Below the pieces are notes generated by a model, which had not been told where the DNA came from, ran no database searches, and saw only the letters and a program-made list of their open reading frames with translations. Below are positions 1-9,248 of a DNA stretch of 64,000 bases, piece by piece. Position numbers and translations under genes: made by a program. The stretch is taken from NCBI GenBank assembly GCA_903848935.1, contig CAINHO010000015.1, forward strand, positions 4,426-68,425. The letters run 5' to 3'. Position 1 is the first letter of the stretch. Every line of letters starts with the position of its first letter. The stretch is from an uncultured Pseudomonadota bacterium (GTDB taxonomy: Bacteria > Pseudomonadota > Gammaproteobacteria > Methylococcales > Methylomonadaceae).

Positions 1-321
1 GAGTTTTGATTTTTCGGCGCGAACATTCACATCAGGATTTAAATTTTTTATCGTGTTGCGGGTTGAAATGACTTTATCGCCCCCTATATCTGCCGTGTGA
101 TGAGCAATTTGCCGTTGTAAATTAGACAAATCCACGCTGTCATCGTCGTAAATCACTAAATGACCCACGCCAGCCGCCGCTAAATACATGGCGACGGGCG
201 AACCCAAACCACCAGCCCCAACAATCAAGACTTTTGCAGCGAGTAATTTTTCCTGCCCTGCAATGTCGATTTGTGGAAGCATAATTTGGCGGCTATAGCG
301 GAGAAGTTGGTTGTCATTCAT
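1..321 (-). CDS. ThiF/MoeB-family adenylyltransferase, N-terminal part (gene runs off the left edge of the window)
   Basis: Own minus-strand translation from ATG at 321-319: MNDNQLLRYSRQIMLPQIDIAGQEKLLAAKVLIVGAGGLGSPVAMYLAAAGVGHLVIYDDDSVDLSNLQRQ... It has the YSRQI motif and GAGGLGS nucleotide-binding loop typical of MoeB/ThiF. It is absent from the ORF track because there is no stop codon in the window. Confidence 0.8.
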   Translation of the reverse strand, partial: MNDNQLLRYSRQIMLPQIDIAGQEKLLAAKVLIVGAGGLGSPVAMYLAAAGVGHLVIYDDDSVDLSNLQRQIAHHTADIGGDKVISTRNTIKNLNPDVNVRAEKSKL

Positions 322-405
322 GATTTTTGGATGGGCAGTAAGTGGTTCAAGTTTTCCCCACAAGTGTGGGATTGTTTTTTATTTTAATCTATCTAGGAGT
401 TTTAC

Positions 406-693
406 ATGAAAATTACCCCATTACACGACCGCGTTATCGTTAAACGTGTTGCCGAAGAAACCGTCACATCAGGCGGCATCGTTTTACCAGGTTCTGCCGC
501 AGAAAAACCAAGCCAAGGCGAAGTCTTAGCGATTGGCGCAGGCAAAGTTTTAGACAACGGAACGATTCACCCAATGCACGTCAAAATCGGCGATAAAGTG
601 TTATTCGGCAAGTATTCTGGCAGCGAAGTCAAAATCGACGGCGAAGACGTAATCGTGATGCGTGAAGACGACATTTTAGCGATTTTAGGTTAA
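406..693 (+). CDS. groES: co-chaperonin GroES
   Basis: 95 aa. [14 protein letters not shown]...[18 protein letters not shown] is a canonical Cpn10. AGGAG lies upstream and groEL follows directly. Confidence 0.97.
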   Translation: MKITPLHDRVIVKRVAEETVTSGGIVLPGSAAEKPSQGEVLAIGAGKVLDNGTIHPMHVKIGDKVLFGKYSGSEVKIDGEDVIVMREDDILAILG

Positions 694-708
694 TTCTTTT
701 TCAAATAA

Positions 709-2382
<1,674 letters not shown>

Positions 2383-2416
2383 GTCGCAGGCTTAACGCCT
2401 TTTTGCTTTGAATGAT

Positions 2417-2453
2417 AAAAAGCCCCAATTTGCTGTGATGCAAGTCGGGGCTT
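2417..2453 (-). terminator. Rho-independent terminator hairpin, member of a 4-copy motif family; also serves groEL from the other side
   Basis: The minus strand reads AAGCCCCGACTTGCATCACAGCAAATTGGGGCTTTTTAT immediately after the TGA of the 2454..2798 gene. GC-rich stem plus T-run. On the plus strand it lies 35 nt after the groEL stop. Confidence 0.75.
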
Positions 2454-2798
2454 TCACTTTTTCATCAATTCGATAATTTCTTTCAAATAAGCGACTTCCA
2501 TTTGCAATTTTTCAACTTCGCATTTTAATTTAACATCTTCGACTAATTTTGAACCAATGTTGCAATGATTTTGAGTGTCGCTAAAGTTGAAAACATTTTG
2601 TTCAGTTCTGTTGAGTAATTCGATTAACTCTACACCAAATAATTCTGAAAGTTGCTCAAGCCTTGATAATTTAATATCAACTTCACCACGTTCAATTCCA
2701 CCATAACCGTTTGCTGTCATACCTAATTTTTCTGCAATTTCTTCTTGTGATAAACCTTGAGCTTGGCGCAAATGTTTAATTTTGTCGCAAACCTTCAT
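2454..2798 (-). CDS. XRE-family HTH regulator with C-terminal coiled-coil-like tail (paralogue A)
   Basis: 114 aa. IKHLRQAQGLSQEEIAEKLGMTANGYGGIERGE is a Cro/C1-type HTH. The C-terminus KLKCEVEKLQMEVAYLKEIIELMKK is heptad-like. It aligns by eye with the ORFs at 15820 and 16260. Confidence 0.8.
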   Translation of the reverse strand: MKVCDKIKHLRQAQGLSQEEIAEKLGMTANGYGGIERGEVDIKLSRLEQLSELFGVELIELLNRTEQNVFNFSDTQNHCNIGSKLVEDVKLKCEVEKLQMEVAYLKEIIELMKK

Positions 2799-2918
2799 AA
2801 ATAACGCTCCTACAGGGAAAATATCAGTTTCATTTGGTGGTTAATTTCAAGTTTGCAATCTAACATATTCAGCTAATTTTTTGATTATTTTTTATTGCTA
2901 ATTTAGTGAGGTATTAAC

Positions 2919-3299
2919 GTGGGGTTTTTTAGTTCTGTAGTGAAAGCATTTAGCATGAGCGAAGATGAAATTGAAGATGCGTGGCGGCAATGTAAGCGGA
3001 TGAATGATCTTGAACAACTGCAATATATTTACAAATCACAGTTTCGCAACCCGAAAGGAATTTTAGCGTTGCTCACGATTTTTCAAAATTCACACCAAGA
3101 TGCAACTTCAACTATAAGAACGCACACACCAAATGATTCAGGCGGTAGACCTGAATTGTTGGTTGAGGATGTTTATAGACGTTTAAAGAACTTTTCTAAA
3201 AGTGAAGCCGTATGTATGGGACGTGGTAGCTCATTCGATTCAATTAGAAATTTGCTTACCGAATTACTCGATAAACCTGATTTAGATTTTAGATATTAA
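2919..3299 (+). CDS. hypothetical protein (126 aa, GTG start; alternative ATG at 2955)
   Basis: Open frame with GAGG upstream of the GTG, followed 7 nt later by a terminator hairpin. No family recognised. Confidence 0.5.
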   Translation: MGFFSSVVKAFSMSEDEIEDAWRQCKRMNDLEQLQYIYKSQFRNPKGILALLTIFQNSHQDATSTIRTHTPNDSGGRPELLVEDVYRRLKNFSKSEAVCMGRGSSFDSIRNLLTELLDKPDLDFRY

Positions 3300-3306
3300 G
3301 CAAATT

Positions 3307-3342
3307 AAAGCCCCGATTGCATCACGCCGTCGGGGCTTTTTT
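3307..3342 (+). terminator. Rho-independent terminator hairpin (motif family copy 2)
   Basis: AAAGCCCCGATTGCATCACGCCGTCGGGGCTTTTTT. Stem GCCCCGA/TCGGGGC followed by T6. Confidence 0.8.
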
Positions 3343-3383
3343 GTGTAGAATTGCCGCAGTTATTGTTTATCTTTGGAGTTGAA

Positions 3384-3602
3384 ATGAAATTAACCGCTGT
3401 TTTTCAAAAAGTGCCAGAAGGTTATATTGCTTTCGTGGAAGAATTAACAGGCGCAAATACACAAGGCGCAACCTTAGACGAAGCGCGTAAAAACTTATTC
3501 GAAGCCATAAAAATGGTTGTGGATGCGAATCGGTTTTTAGCCGAAGAATCTTTGCGTGGTCGAGAATTCATCAAAGAAACGTTTGATTTTGCGACATTAT
3601 GA
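3384..3602 (+). CDS. hicB: HicB-family antitoxin (short, N-terminal HicB fold only)
   Basis: MKLTAVFQKVPEGYIAFVEELTGANTQGATLDEARKNLFEAIKMVV is HicB/UPF0150-like. GGAG sits 5 nt upstream of ATG 3384; the track's TTG at 3351 overlaps the preceding terminator. The stop overlaps the hicA start (ATGA). Confidence 0.75.
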   Translation: MKLTAVFQKVPEGYIAFVEELTGANTQGATLDEARKNLFEAIKMVVDANRFLAEESLRGREFIKETFDFATL

Positions 3603-3790
3603 AACGGCGTGACCTGTTGCGTTATTTGGAACAACACGGTTGCGAATGTTTGCGTGAAGGCGGAAGCCATACGATTTATGTGAATCGGCAAGAACAAAAA
3701 GTTTCAACCATTCCGCGTCATCGAGAGATTGACGAAATGTTAGCCCGAAAAATTTGTAAGGATTTAGGCGTTTCGATTTCAGTTCATTGA
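3599..3790 (+). CDS. hicA: HicA-family mRNA interferase toxin
   Basis: 63 aa. MKRRDLLRYLEQHGCECLREGGSHTIYVN...STIPRHREI is the YcfA/HicA signature (GSH...P.H). Confidence 0.85.
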   Translation: MKRRDLLRYLEQHGCECLREGGSHTIYVNRQEQKVSTIPRHREIDEMLARKICKDLGVSISVH

Positions 3791-3795
3791 AAATA

Positions 3796-3832
3796 AAAAG
3801 CCCCGATTGAATCACGCCGTCGGAGCTTTTTT
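3796..3832 (+). terminator. Rho-independent terminator hairpin (motif family copy 3)
   Basis: AAAAGCCCCGATTGAATCACGCCGTCGGAGCTTTTTT. One stem mismatch relative to copy 2. Confidence 0.75.
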
Positions 3833-3949
3833 CATAAACTTGGACACAAAAATTTTAATCCTTTAGACTCCAAACCGTTACTTTTGAATCAAACGGTTTT
3901 GATTTAAAGCTGACATTTCCCATTTTGGATAAATTTTGGAGAGAAAGTT

Positions 3950-4402
3950 ATGAAATTATTAACTTGGATAGTCGTTGCCAACAATAGTTCTGCTCGTTTT
4001 TTTACAGCTGTAAATCAGTCTGCACCACTCACCGAAATCGAAACACTCACGCATTCGGAAGGACGTTTGCATGATCGAGACATGACTTCTGATTTATCGG
4101 GGAAAAATAAGGGCGAATGTGGCACAGGTGGTCACGCTTTTGAACAATCCACAGATCCTAAAAAACATGAAGCCGAACTGTTTGCTCATTTGGTTGCCAA
4201 ACATTTGGAAGCGGCATTGAACGAACATAAATTTAAACAATTAGTGCTTGTTGCCGAGCCGTCCTTTCTGGGTTTATTGCGAAATCAATTATCTGAACAA
4301 GTGGCGAAAATGGTTTGCCTGGAGCTTGACAGTAATATCGTGCATTTAACACCCACCGAAATTCGCGCTCATCTTCCCGAATTCCTGCCGCATCTTCACT
4401 AA
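3950..4402 (+). CDS. host-attachment-protein family protein (Pfam Host_attach-like)
   Basis: 150 aa. TWIVVANNSSARFF...HSEGRLHDRDMTSD...GGHAFEQSTDPKKHEAELFAHLVAKHLE...LVLVAEPSFLGLLRNQL matches my memory of the Host_attach family layout. GGAGAG SD. Confidence 0.7.
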   Translation: MKLLTWIVVANNSSARFFTAVNQSAPLTEIETLTHSEGRLHDRDMTSDLSGKNKGECGTGGHAFEQSTDPKKHEAELFAHLVAKHLEAALNEHKFKQLVLVAEPSFLGLLRNQLSEQVAKMVCLELDSNIVHLTPTEIRAHLPEFLPHLH

Positions 4403-4410
4403 CCGCGTGT

Positions 4411-4450
4411 AAAAAAAGCCCCGATGGCATCACGCTGTCGGGGCTTTTTT
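4411..4450 (+). terminator. bidirectional terminator hairpin (motif family copy 4) between convergent genes
   Basis: AAAAAAAGCCCCGATGGCATCACGCTGTCGGGGCTTTTTT. A-run and T-run flank a GC-rich stem. Confidence 0.8.
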
Positions 4451-4453
4451 GTG

Positions 4454-4936
4454 TTATGAGGAAAATCCATGATAAACCGCACCGCGTTGTTTAAAACAGC
4501 GACGACTAAATAACACTTGATGCGTAAAGGTTTGTATTTGTGGGTGTGAATTTATTTGTGCGATTTGAGTGAGAACCGTATTTCTGTCTTTACCATGAAT
4601 CATGCAGTACAAATTGTAATTCCATTCAGGCAGGGCAGGGCGTTGATAACATAGCGTTACAAACGAAAATTCTAATAAGTATTCCGCGATTTCGTCGATT
4701 TCCGTTTCAGGCACTTGCCACACGCACATCGCATTAGCCCGATAACCGAGCGCGGCGTGTTTTACGATTACTCCGAAACGCTTAATGATTCCGCTCGTTT
4801 GAAATTGTTTTAAACGTTCAATGATTTCAGTTTCGCTAACACCCAAACGTTCGCCAATTTCTAAATATGGACGGGAACAAATCGGCAGCCCTTTGGCGAG
4901 TTGCACGAGTAATTGTTGATTCAAATTATCCAACAT
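4454..4936 (-). CDS. siroheme decarboxylase subunit, NirL/NirH (AhbB)-like, AsnC/Lrp fold
   Basis: 160 aa. N-terminal HTH-like region, then VTLCYQRPALPEWNYNLYCMIHGKDR, characteristic of NirL/NirH. Overlaps the upstream partner by 11 nt. Confidence 0.75.
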   Translation of the reverse strand: MLDNLNQQLLVQLAKGLPICSRPYLEIGERLGVSETEIIERLKQFQTSGIIKRFGVIVKHAALGYRANAMCVWQVPETEIDEIAEYLLEFSFVTLCYQRPALPEWNYNLYCMIHGKDRNTVLTQIAQINSHPQIQTFTHQVLFSRRCFKQRGAVYHGFSS

Positions 4937-5387
4937 TCGCCAAATCCAACCGAAAACTCAAATCGATAAAAAACGCCTTCTCCAACGGAAAACGCAACAC
5001 GTTATAACCCGTTTCAAGTTCAATTGTACGAATTACGTCGTCCAAATGCGCCGCATCATTCGCAATTACCACAAACCATAAATTCAACACATTTTCACGT
5101 TCATAATTATGATTTACTTCGCTGAAATCATTGATTTGCGAGGCGACACGTTCTAATTCAGTTTCAGGGACAGAAATCGCTGCTAAGGTACTTACGCCGA
5201 TTTGATTCGGTGGAATTATCGCCCCGATTCGACTGATAAATTTTTTCTCATTGATGTCTTGAAAGGCTTGTAACACGTCGTTTTCTGTCACATTTAATTG
5301 AGCGGCAATATCGGCATAAGGCGTAGGCGAAAGAGGAAAATCATGTTGGAAATTGTTTAATAATTCTTTTTGTAAATCCGTCAGCAC
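4926..5387 (-). CDS. siroheme decarboxylase subunit, NirD/NirG (AhbA)-like
   Basis: 153 aa. FQHDFPLSPTPYADIA...ISRIGAII...STLAAISVP...VNHNYERENVLNLWFVV is the typical NirD/G pattern. Lies directly downstream of nirF. Confidence 0.75.
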   Translation of the reverse strand: MLTDLQKELLNNFQHDFPLSPTPYADIAAQLNVTENDVLQAFQDINEKKFISRIGAIIPPNQIGVSTLAAISVPETELERVASQINDFSEVNHNYERENVLNLWFVVIANDAAHLDDVIRTIELETGYNVLRFPLEKAFFIDLSFRLDLANVG

Positions 5388-5389
5388 GA

Positions 5390-6556
5390 TTACATTCCAA
5401 TCCGATGCGCTCGCGCTGAAAAGAAAATACCATTCGGTTTTTCAGCAGGCAAACGTGCCACTTCTTTCAACGTGTCGGTGTCATAAATGGCGACGGCATT
5501 ATCGTCACGCAATGCAATCCAAACCTGTTCACCGCGTGGCGTGAATTCAAAATGTAATGCGGCTTTACCCGCGCTAAATGTATTTGAAACAGCCAATGAA
5601 TTCGCGTCGATAATTTGAATTTGTGAATTATCAGGCATCGCAAAATTTACCCAAATTTGCCGCCCATCAGGTCGAGCCATCACAAACACAGGTTGTCCGA
5701 CGACTGGAATTGTTTTAACGAGTTGCCACGTTTTTTTATCGACAACTAACACTTCATGTCGTCCAACCGCTGGCACAAAAACATAATCCGAAGTCATCGC
5801 CCACCCTTCAAAATGCGGCATTTTATAAACAGGTAACTGCTCATTGTCTTTGCCGTAATTCGCTAAAATCCGTTTTATACCCAATTCTGGATGCCATAAA
5901 TCCAATAATGCCAAACCTTTTTCACCGAATAATCCTGCAATGTAATAACGTCCGTCGGGTGAAATTAGCGCGTCGTAAGGTTGTTTGCCGATATTGGTAA
6001 ATTTTTCAATACGCGGCGATTTTGGATTTTTTACATCAATTACCCAGATTTCACCCGCATCAAATAAACTCACCACAAACTTTTGATTCGGCGCATCGAC
6101 CAAACCAACCGTTTTAGAAAGTTGCCCTTTCGCATCAATCGCAGGAATTTCGGCAATCAATTCCAACGTGTTCGCTGAAAATAATTTCACGCCAGCGGGT
6201 TGGTAATTTGACACCGCAATTATTTTTCCGTCTTGCGAAATTGCGCCACCGATTGAATTGCCGCCTTGAATAATTCGCGCCGTAATTTCATCTTCGAGCA
6301 AATCTATTTTACTCAACCCCCCGTCACGTCCAAAAACGTAAGCAAATCGTTCATCCCGTGAAAACACTACCGAAGCGTGTGATAAATCACCTAGACCTTG
6401 GATTTTAGCGATACGACTTGGTTGTGTGGTGTTAATAATCAGCGCAGAATTCGATTCGCGTTCGATAACTAAACCCAAATCACCCGTGGCGCGTAAATCA
6501 TCAGCATGGACATTTAACGCAAATAATAAACCGAAAACAGAAACAATTTTTTTCAT
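5390..6556 (-). CDS. nirF: heme d1 biosynthesis protein NirF (cytochrome d1 beta-propeller-like), with signal peptide
   Basis: 388 aa. Signal peptide MKKIVSVFGLLFALNVHA, then TGDLGLVIERESNSALIINT...DLSHASVVFSRDERFAYVFGRDGGLSKIDLL, a NirF/NirS d1-domain-like propeller. Context is the nirD/L-like genes. Confidence 0.8.
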   Translation of the reverse strand: MKKIVSVFGLLFALNVHADDLRATGDLGLVIERESNSALIINTTQPSRIAKIQGLGDLSHASVVFSRDERFAYVFGRDGGLSKIDLLEDEITARIIQGGNSIGGAISQDGKIIAVSNYQPAGVKLFSANTLELIAEIPAIDAKGQLSKTVGLVDAPNQKFVVSLFDAGEIWVIDVKNPKSPRIEKFTNIGKQPYDALISPDGRYYIAGLFGEKGLALLDLWHPELGIKRILANYGKDNEQLPVYKMPHFEGWAMTSDYVFVPAVGRHEVLVVDKKTWQLVKTIPVVGQPVFVMARPDGRQIWVNFAMPDNSQIQIIDANSLAVSNTFSAGKAALHFEFTPRGEQVWIALRDDNAVAIYDTDTLKEVARLPAEKPNGIFFSARAHRIGM

Positions 6557-6673
6557 GGAAGTGGCTAAAAATAAACGGAATAATGCCGACCATGATAACG
6601 AAAAAATGACGAATCTACGTCAAAAAATGTTAAAATTTCTTCAACTATTCAAAGGCAACGAGGTATTTTTATT

Positions 6674-7531
6674 ATGACAAACGCTTTGGCTTTACCTACA
6701 AATTTATCTGTTGGGACGTTTGACGCTTATTTAAATGTTGTTCGGCAAATGCCGCAATTAACCGCTGAACAAGAACACGAACTTGCTGTGCGTTTTCATG
6801 AACATGGCGATTTAGAAGCGGCGCGTGAATTGGTGATGACCAATTTGCGTTTTGTGGTTCATGTCGCTCGCGGTTATAGCGGTTACGGTTTATCGATGCC
6901 AGATTTAATTCAAGAAGGTAACGTCGGTTTAATGAAAGCCGTGAAACGTTTCGACCCCAATATGGGCGTGCGTTTGGTATCATTTGCGGTGCATTGGATT
7001 AAAGCTGAAATTCATGAATATGTGATTAAAAATTGGGGCATCGTCAAAATTGCCACCACCAAAGCGCAACGTAAATTATTTTTCAATTTACGCAAAATGA
7101 AAAAAGATTTGAATTGGCTTTCACACGATGACGCACAAGCGATTGCGGCTGATTTAAATGTGAATTTGACCGACGTTTATGAAATGGAAAAACGTCTAAG
7201 TAGTCATGATATGTCGTTTGATATGTCGAGTGATGATAGCGATGATGAAAATTACACCGCGCCAGTAAATTTTTTACAAAAATATCACGCCGACCCAGCA
7301 GAATTATTGGAAGCGTCCGATTGGGAAGGGCGCGAGCATGAGTTATTAACCGAAGCGATGAAAACGTTGGACGAACGCAGTTTAGACATTTTGGCGAGTC
7401 GCTGGCTAATTGAAAAGAAATTGACGCTACAAGATTTGGCAGCGAAATATAACGTTTCAGCGGAACGTATTCGGCAGCTCGAACAAAATGCGATGAAAAA
7501 GATTCGTAACGCTTCGGTGTTTGTGGCTTAA
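6674..7531 (+). CDS. rpoH: RNA polymerase sigma-32 (heat-shock sigma factor)
   Basis: 285 aa. [16 protein letters not shown] plus the RpoH box [16 protein letters not shown]. Confidence 0.97.
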   Translation: MTNALALPTNLSVGTFDAYLNVVRQMPQLTAEQEHELAVRFHEHGDLEAARELVMTNLRFVVHVARGYSGYGLSMPDLIQEGNVGLMKAVKRFDPNMGVRLVSFAVHWIKAEIHEYVIKNWGIVKIATTKAQRKLFFNLRKMKKDLNWLSHDDAQAIAADLNVNLTDVYEMEKRLSSHDMSFDMSSDDSDDENYTAPVNFLQKYHADPAELLEASDWEGREHELLTEAMKTLDERSLDILASRWLIEKKLTLQDLAAKYNVSAERIRQLEQNAMKKIRNASVFVA

Positions 7532-7548
7532 ACGTCCTTTTCGTGCAT

Positions 7549-7579
7549 AAAAAAACCGCCTTTACGGCGGTTTTTTTTT
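7549..7579. terminator. bidirectional Rho-independent terminator between rpoH and era
   Basis: AAAAAAACCGCCTTTACGGCGGTTTTTTTTT. Perfect ACCGCC/GGCGGT stem flanked by A- and T-runs. Confidence 0.85.
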
Positions 7580-7598
7580 GTTCAACATTCGGTTGAAA

Positions 7599-8480
7599 TC
7601 AATCCCGATAACCCAAACTTTGTAACGCTCGTTCGTTATCTGACCACCCTTTTTTCACTTTCACCCAAAGTTGCAAATACACTTTCTGCCCAATCAAACG
7701 CTCAATATCAATCCTTGCATCCGTACCCACTTTTTTCAGCATTTCGCCTTCTGTGCCAATGATGATGCTCTTTTGCGAGATGCGTTCAATCCAAATAATC
7801 GCGTAAATTTTGCTGATATTTTCGAGTTCTTCATAACGTTCGATTTCAACCGTCAATTCATAAGGTAACTCTGCCCCCAAACGGCGCATCAACTTTTCAC
7901 GAATAATTTCAGCCACCAAAAAACGTTCGGGTCTGTCGGTGATTTGGTCGGCAGGATAAATCAAATCGCCTTCGGGCAACAAGCCCATAATTTCACTTTC
8001 TAATTCGTCCAAATGAATGCGTTTTAAAGCTGAAATAGGGAAAATCGCGTGGAATGGAAAACGTTCTTGTGCCGCTGCAAAAAAAGCAAATACTTTGTCT
8101 TTATCGACAACTCTATCGATTTTATTGACCGCCAAAATCACTGGCAAACCAGCTTGTTTCAGTTTTTCAAAAATCACTTCGTCGTATTCTTGAAACGCTA
8201 ATCCATCGATTAACCACACGACAACATTCACACCCATTAACGCGCTGTCAGCGGTACGATTGAGTTGACGATTCAACGCTTTTTTTTGGTCGGCGTGCAT
8301 ACCAGGCGTGTCCATGTAGATGACTTGTCCTGCTTCCGTAGTATTGATGCCGATAATCCGATGGCGCGTGGTTTGTGGCTTGCGCGAAGTGATACTGATT
8401 TTTTGTTTGAGCAAATGATTCATTAAAGTCGATTTGCCCACGTTTGGGCGACCGATTAACGCGACGTAACCACAATTCAT
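7599..8480 (-). CDS. era: GTPase Era
   Basis: 293 aa. GRPNVGKSTL, DTPG, NKID G-motifs and a C-terminal KH domain. Start overlaps the rnc stop. Confidence 0.97.
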   Translation of the reverse strand: MNCGYVALIGRPNVGKSTLMNHLLKQKISITSRKPQTTRHRIIGINTTEAGQVIYMDTPGMHADQKKALNRQLNRTADSALMGVNVVVWLIDGLAFQEYDEVIFEKLKQAGLPVILAVNKIDRVVDKDKVFAFFAAAQERFPFHAIFPISALKRIHLDELESEIMGLLPEGDLIYPADQITDRPERFLVAEIIREKLMRRLGAELPYELTVEIERYEELENISKIYAIIWIERISQKSIIIGTEGEMLKKVGTDARIDIERLIGQKVYLQLWVKVKKGWSDNERALQSLGYRD

Positions 8481-9163
8481 ATTTTGTATTCCTTAGCTAA
8501 TAATTCGAGGAGGATTTCAGCGGCAGCTTGTTCCGCGCCTTTACGGGTTACGCCTGCGCCAATGCTGGGCGAAGGCAATAACGAAATTTTGCACTGCACT
8601 TTAAACGTTTGTTCATGCGCCAAACCCGATGCCGTCAATAATTCGTATTGTGGCAAGTCCAATTGTTTGGCTTGCATAAATTCTTGCAAACGGGTTTTGG
8701 GGTCTTTTTGACCAGTGTTTAATGAGGAGTTTTTCAATTTTTCGGCAAATAATTCAACGACCCATTTTTGACACACCGCCATGCCTTGATCTTTAAATAA
8801 CGCGGCAATAATTGCTTCAACAGCATCGGATAAAATTGAATCACGACGAAAACCACCACTTTTCAATTCGCCCGAACCGAGCAATAAATAATCGCCGAAA
8901 TTATGTTCGCGTGCCAATTCAGCCAATGACCGTTGATTCACTAAGCTGGCGCGTAAGCGACTTAATACGCCTTCGGGTGCGTCAGGAAATAGGAGATATA
9001 ACTGTTCGGCAATTACGAAACCTAAAATGGCATCGCCTAAAAACTCTAACCGTTCATTGTTGTTTGAACTCGCACTGCGATGCGTCAACGCACGAATAAA
9101 CAGTTGTGGATTGTTAAAAACTAATCCCAATTTTCTACTTAATACTTCTGGTTTTTTTGTCAC
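8477..9163 (-). CDS. rnc: ribonuclease III
   Basis: 228 aa. RNase III signature NERLEFLGDAILG plus a C-terminal dsRBD. Confidence 0.97.
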   Translation of the reverse strand: MTKKPEVLSRKLGLVFNNPQLFIRALTHRSASSNNNERLEFLGDAILGFVIAEQLYLLFPDAPEGVLSRLRASLVNQRSLAELAREHNFGDYLLLGSGELKSGGFRRDSILSDAVEAIIAALFKDQGMAVCQKWVVELFAEKLKNSSLNTGQKDPKTRLQEFMQAKQLDLPQYELLTASGLAHEQTFKVQCKISLLPSPSIGAGVTRKGAEQAAAEILLELLAKEYKI

Positions 9164-9248
9164 ACAACACTCGCTTTAAATTTGTTTATCTAAATTCACT
9201 ATGAACGATTATACAGCCTTGTATAGTCTTCACTTCGAATTTAAAAGG

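Noticed and set aside
322-405. Searched for a CIRCE (TTAGCACTC-N9-GAGTGCTAA) or canonical sigma-32 promoter upstream of groES.
   Set aside because: There is no CIRCE-like sequence. Only a partial CCCCA -10-like element is present, without a matching -35, so no promoter feature is reported.
3872-3899. An 8-bp inverted repeat AAACCGTT-N12-AACGGTTT lies upstream of the host-attachment gene.
   Set aside because: It has a short AT-rich stem with a 12-nt loop, no second copy and no recognisable motif. That is too weak to call a regulatory site.
2417-4450. The gene-plus-hairpin cassettes (hypothetical, hicBA, host-attachment) resemble an integron cassette array with attC sites.
   Set aside because: The hairpins are only about 30 nt, lack the RYYYAAC / GTTRRRY core sites and extrahelical-base architecture of attC, and carry T-runs typical of intrinsic terminators. 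No intI gene or attI is nearby.
6557-6673. Looked for an FNR/DNR/NNR box (TTGAT-N4-ATCAA) upstream of nirF.
   Set aside because: The only palindrome (6607-6622) has the wrong half-site spacing, so no FNR-type site is claimed.
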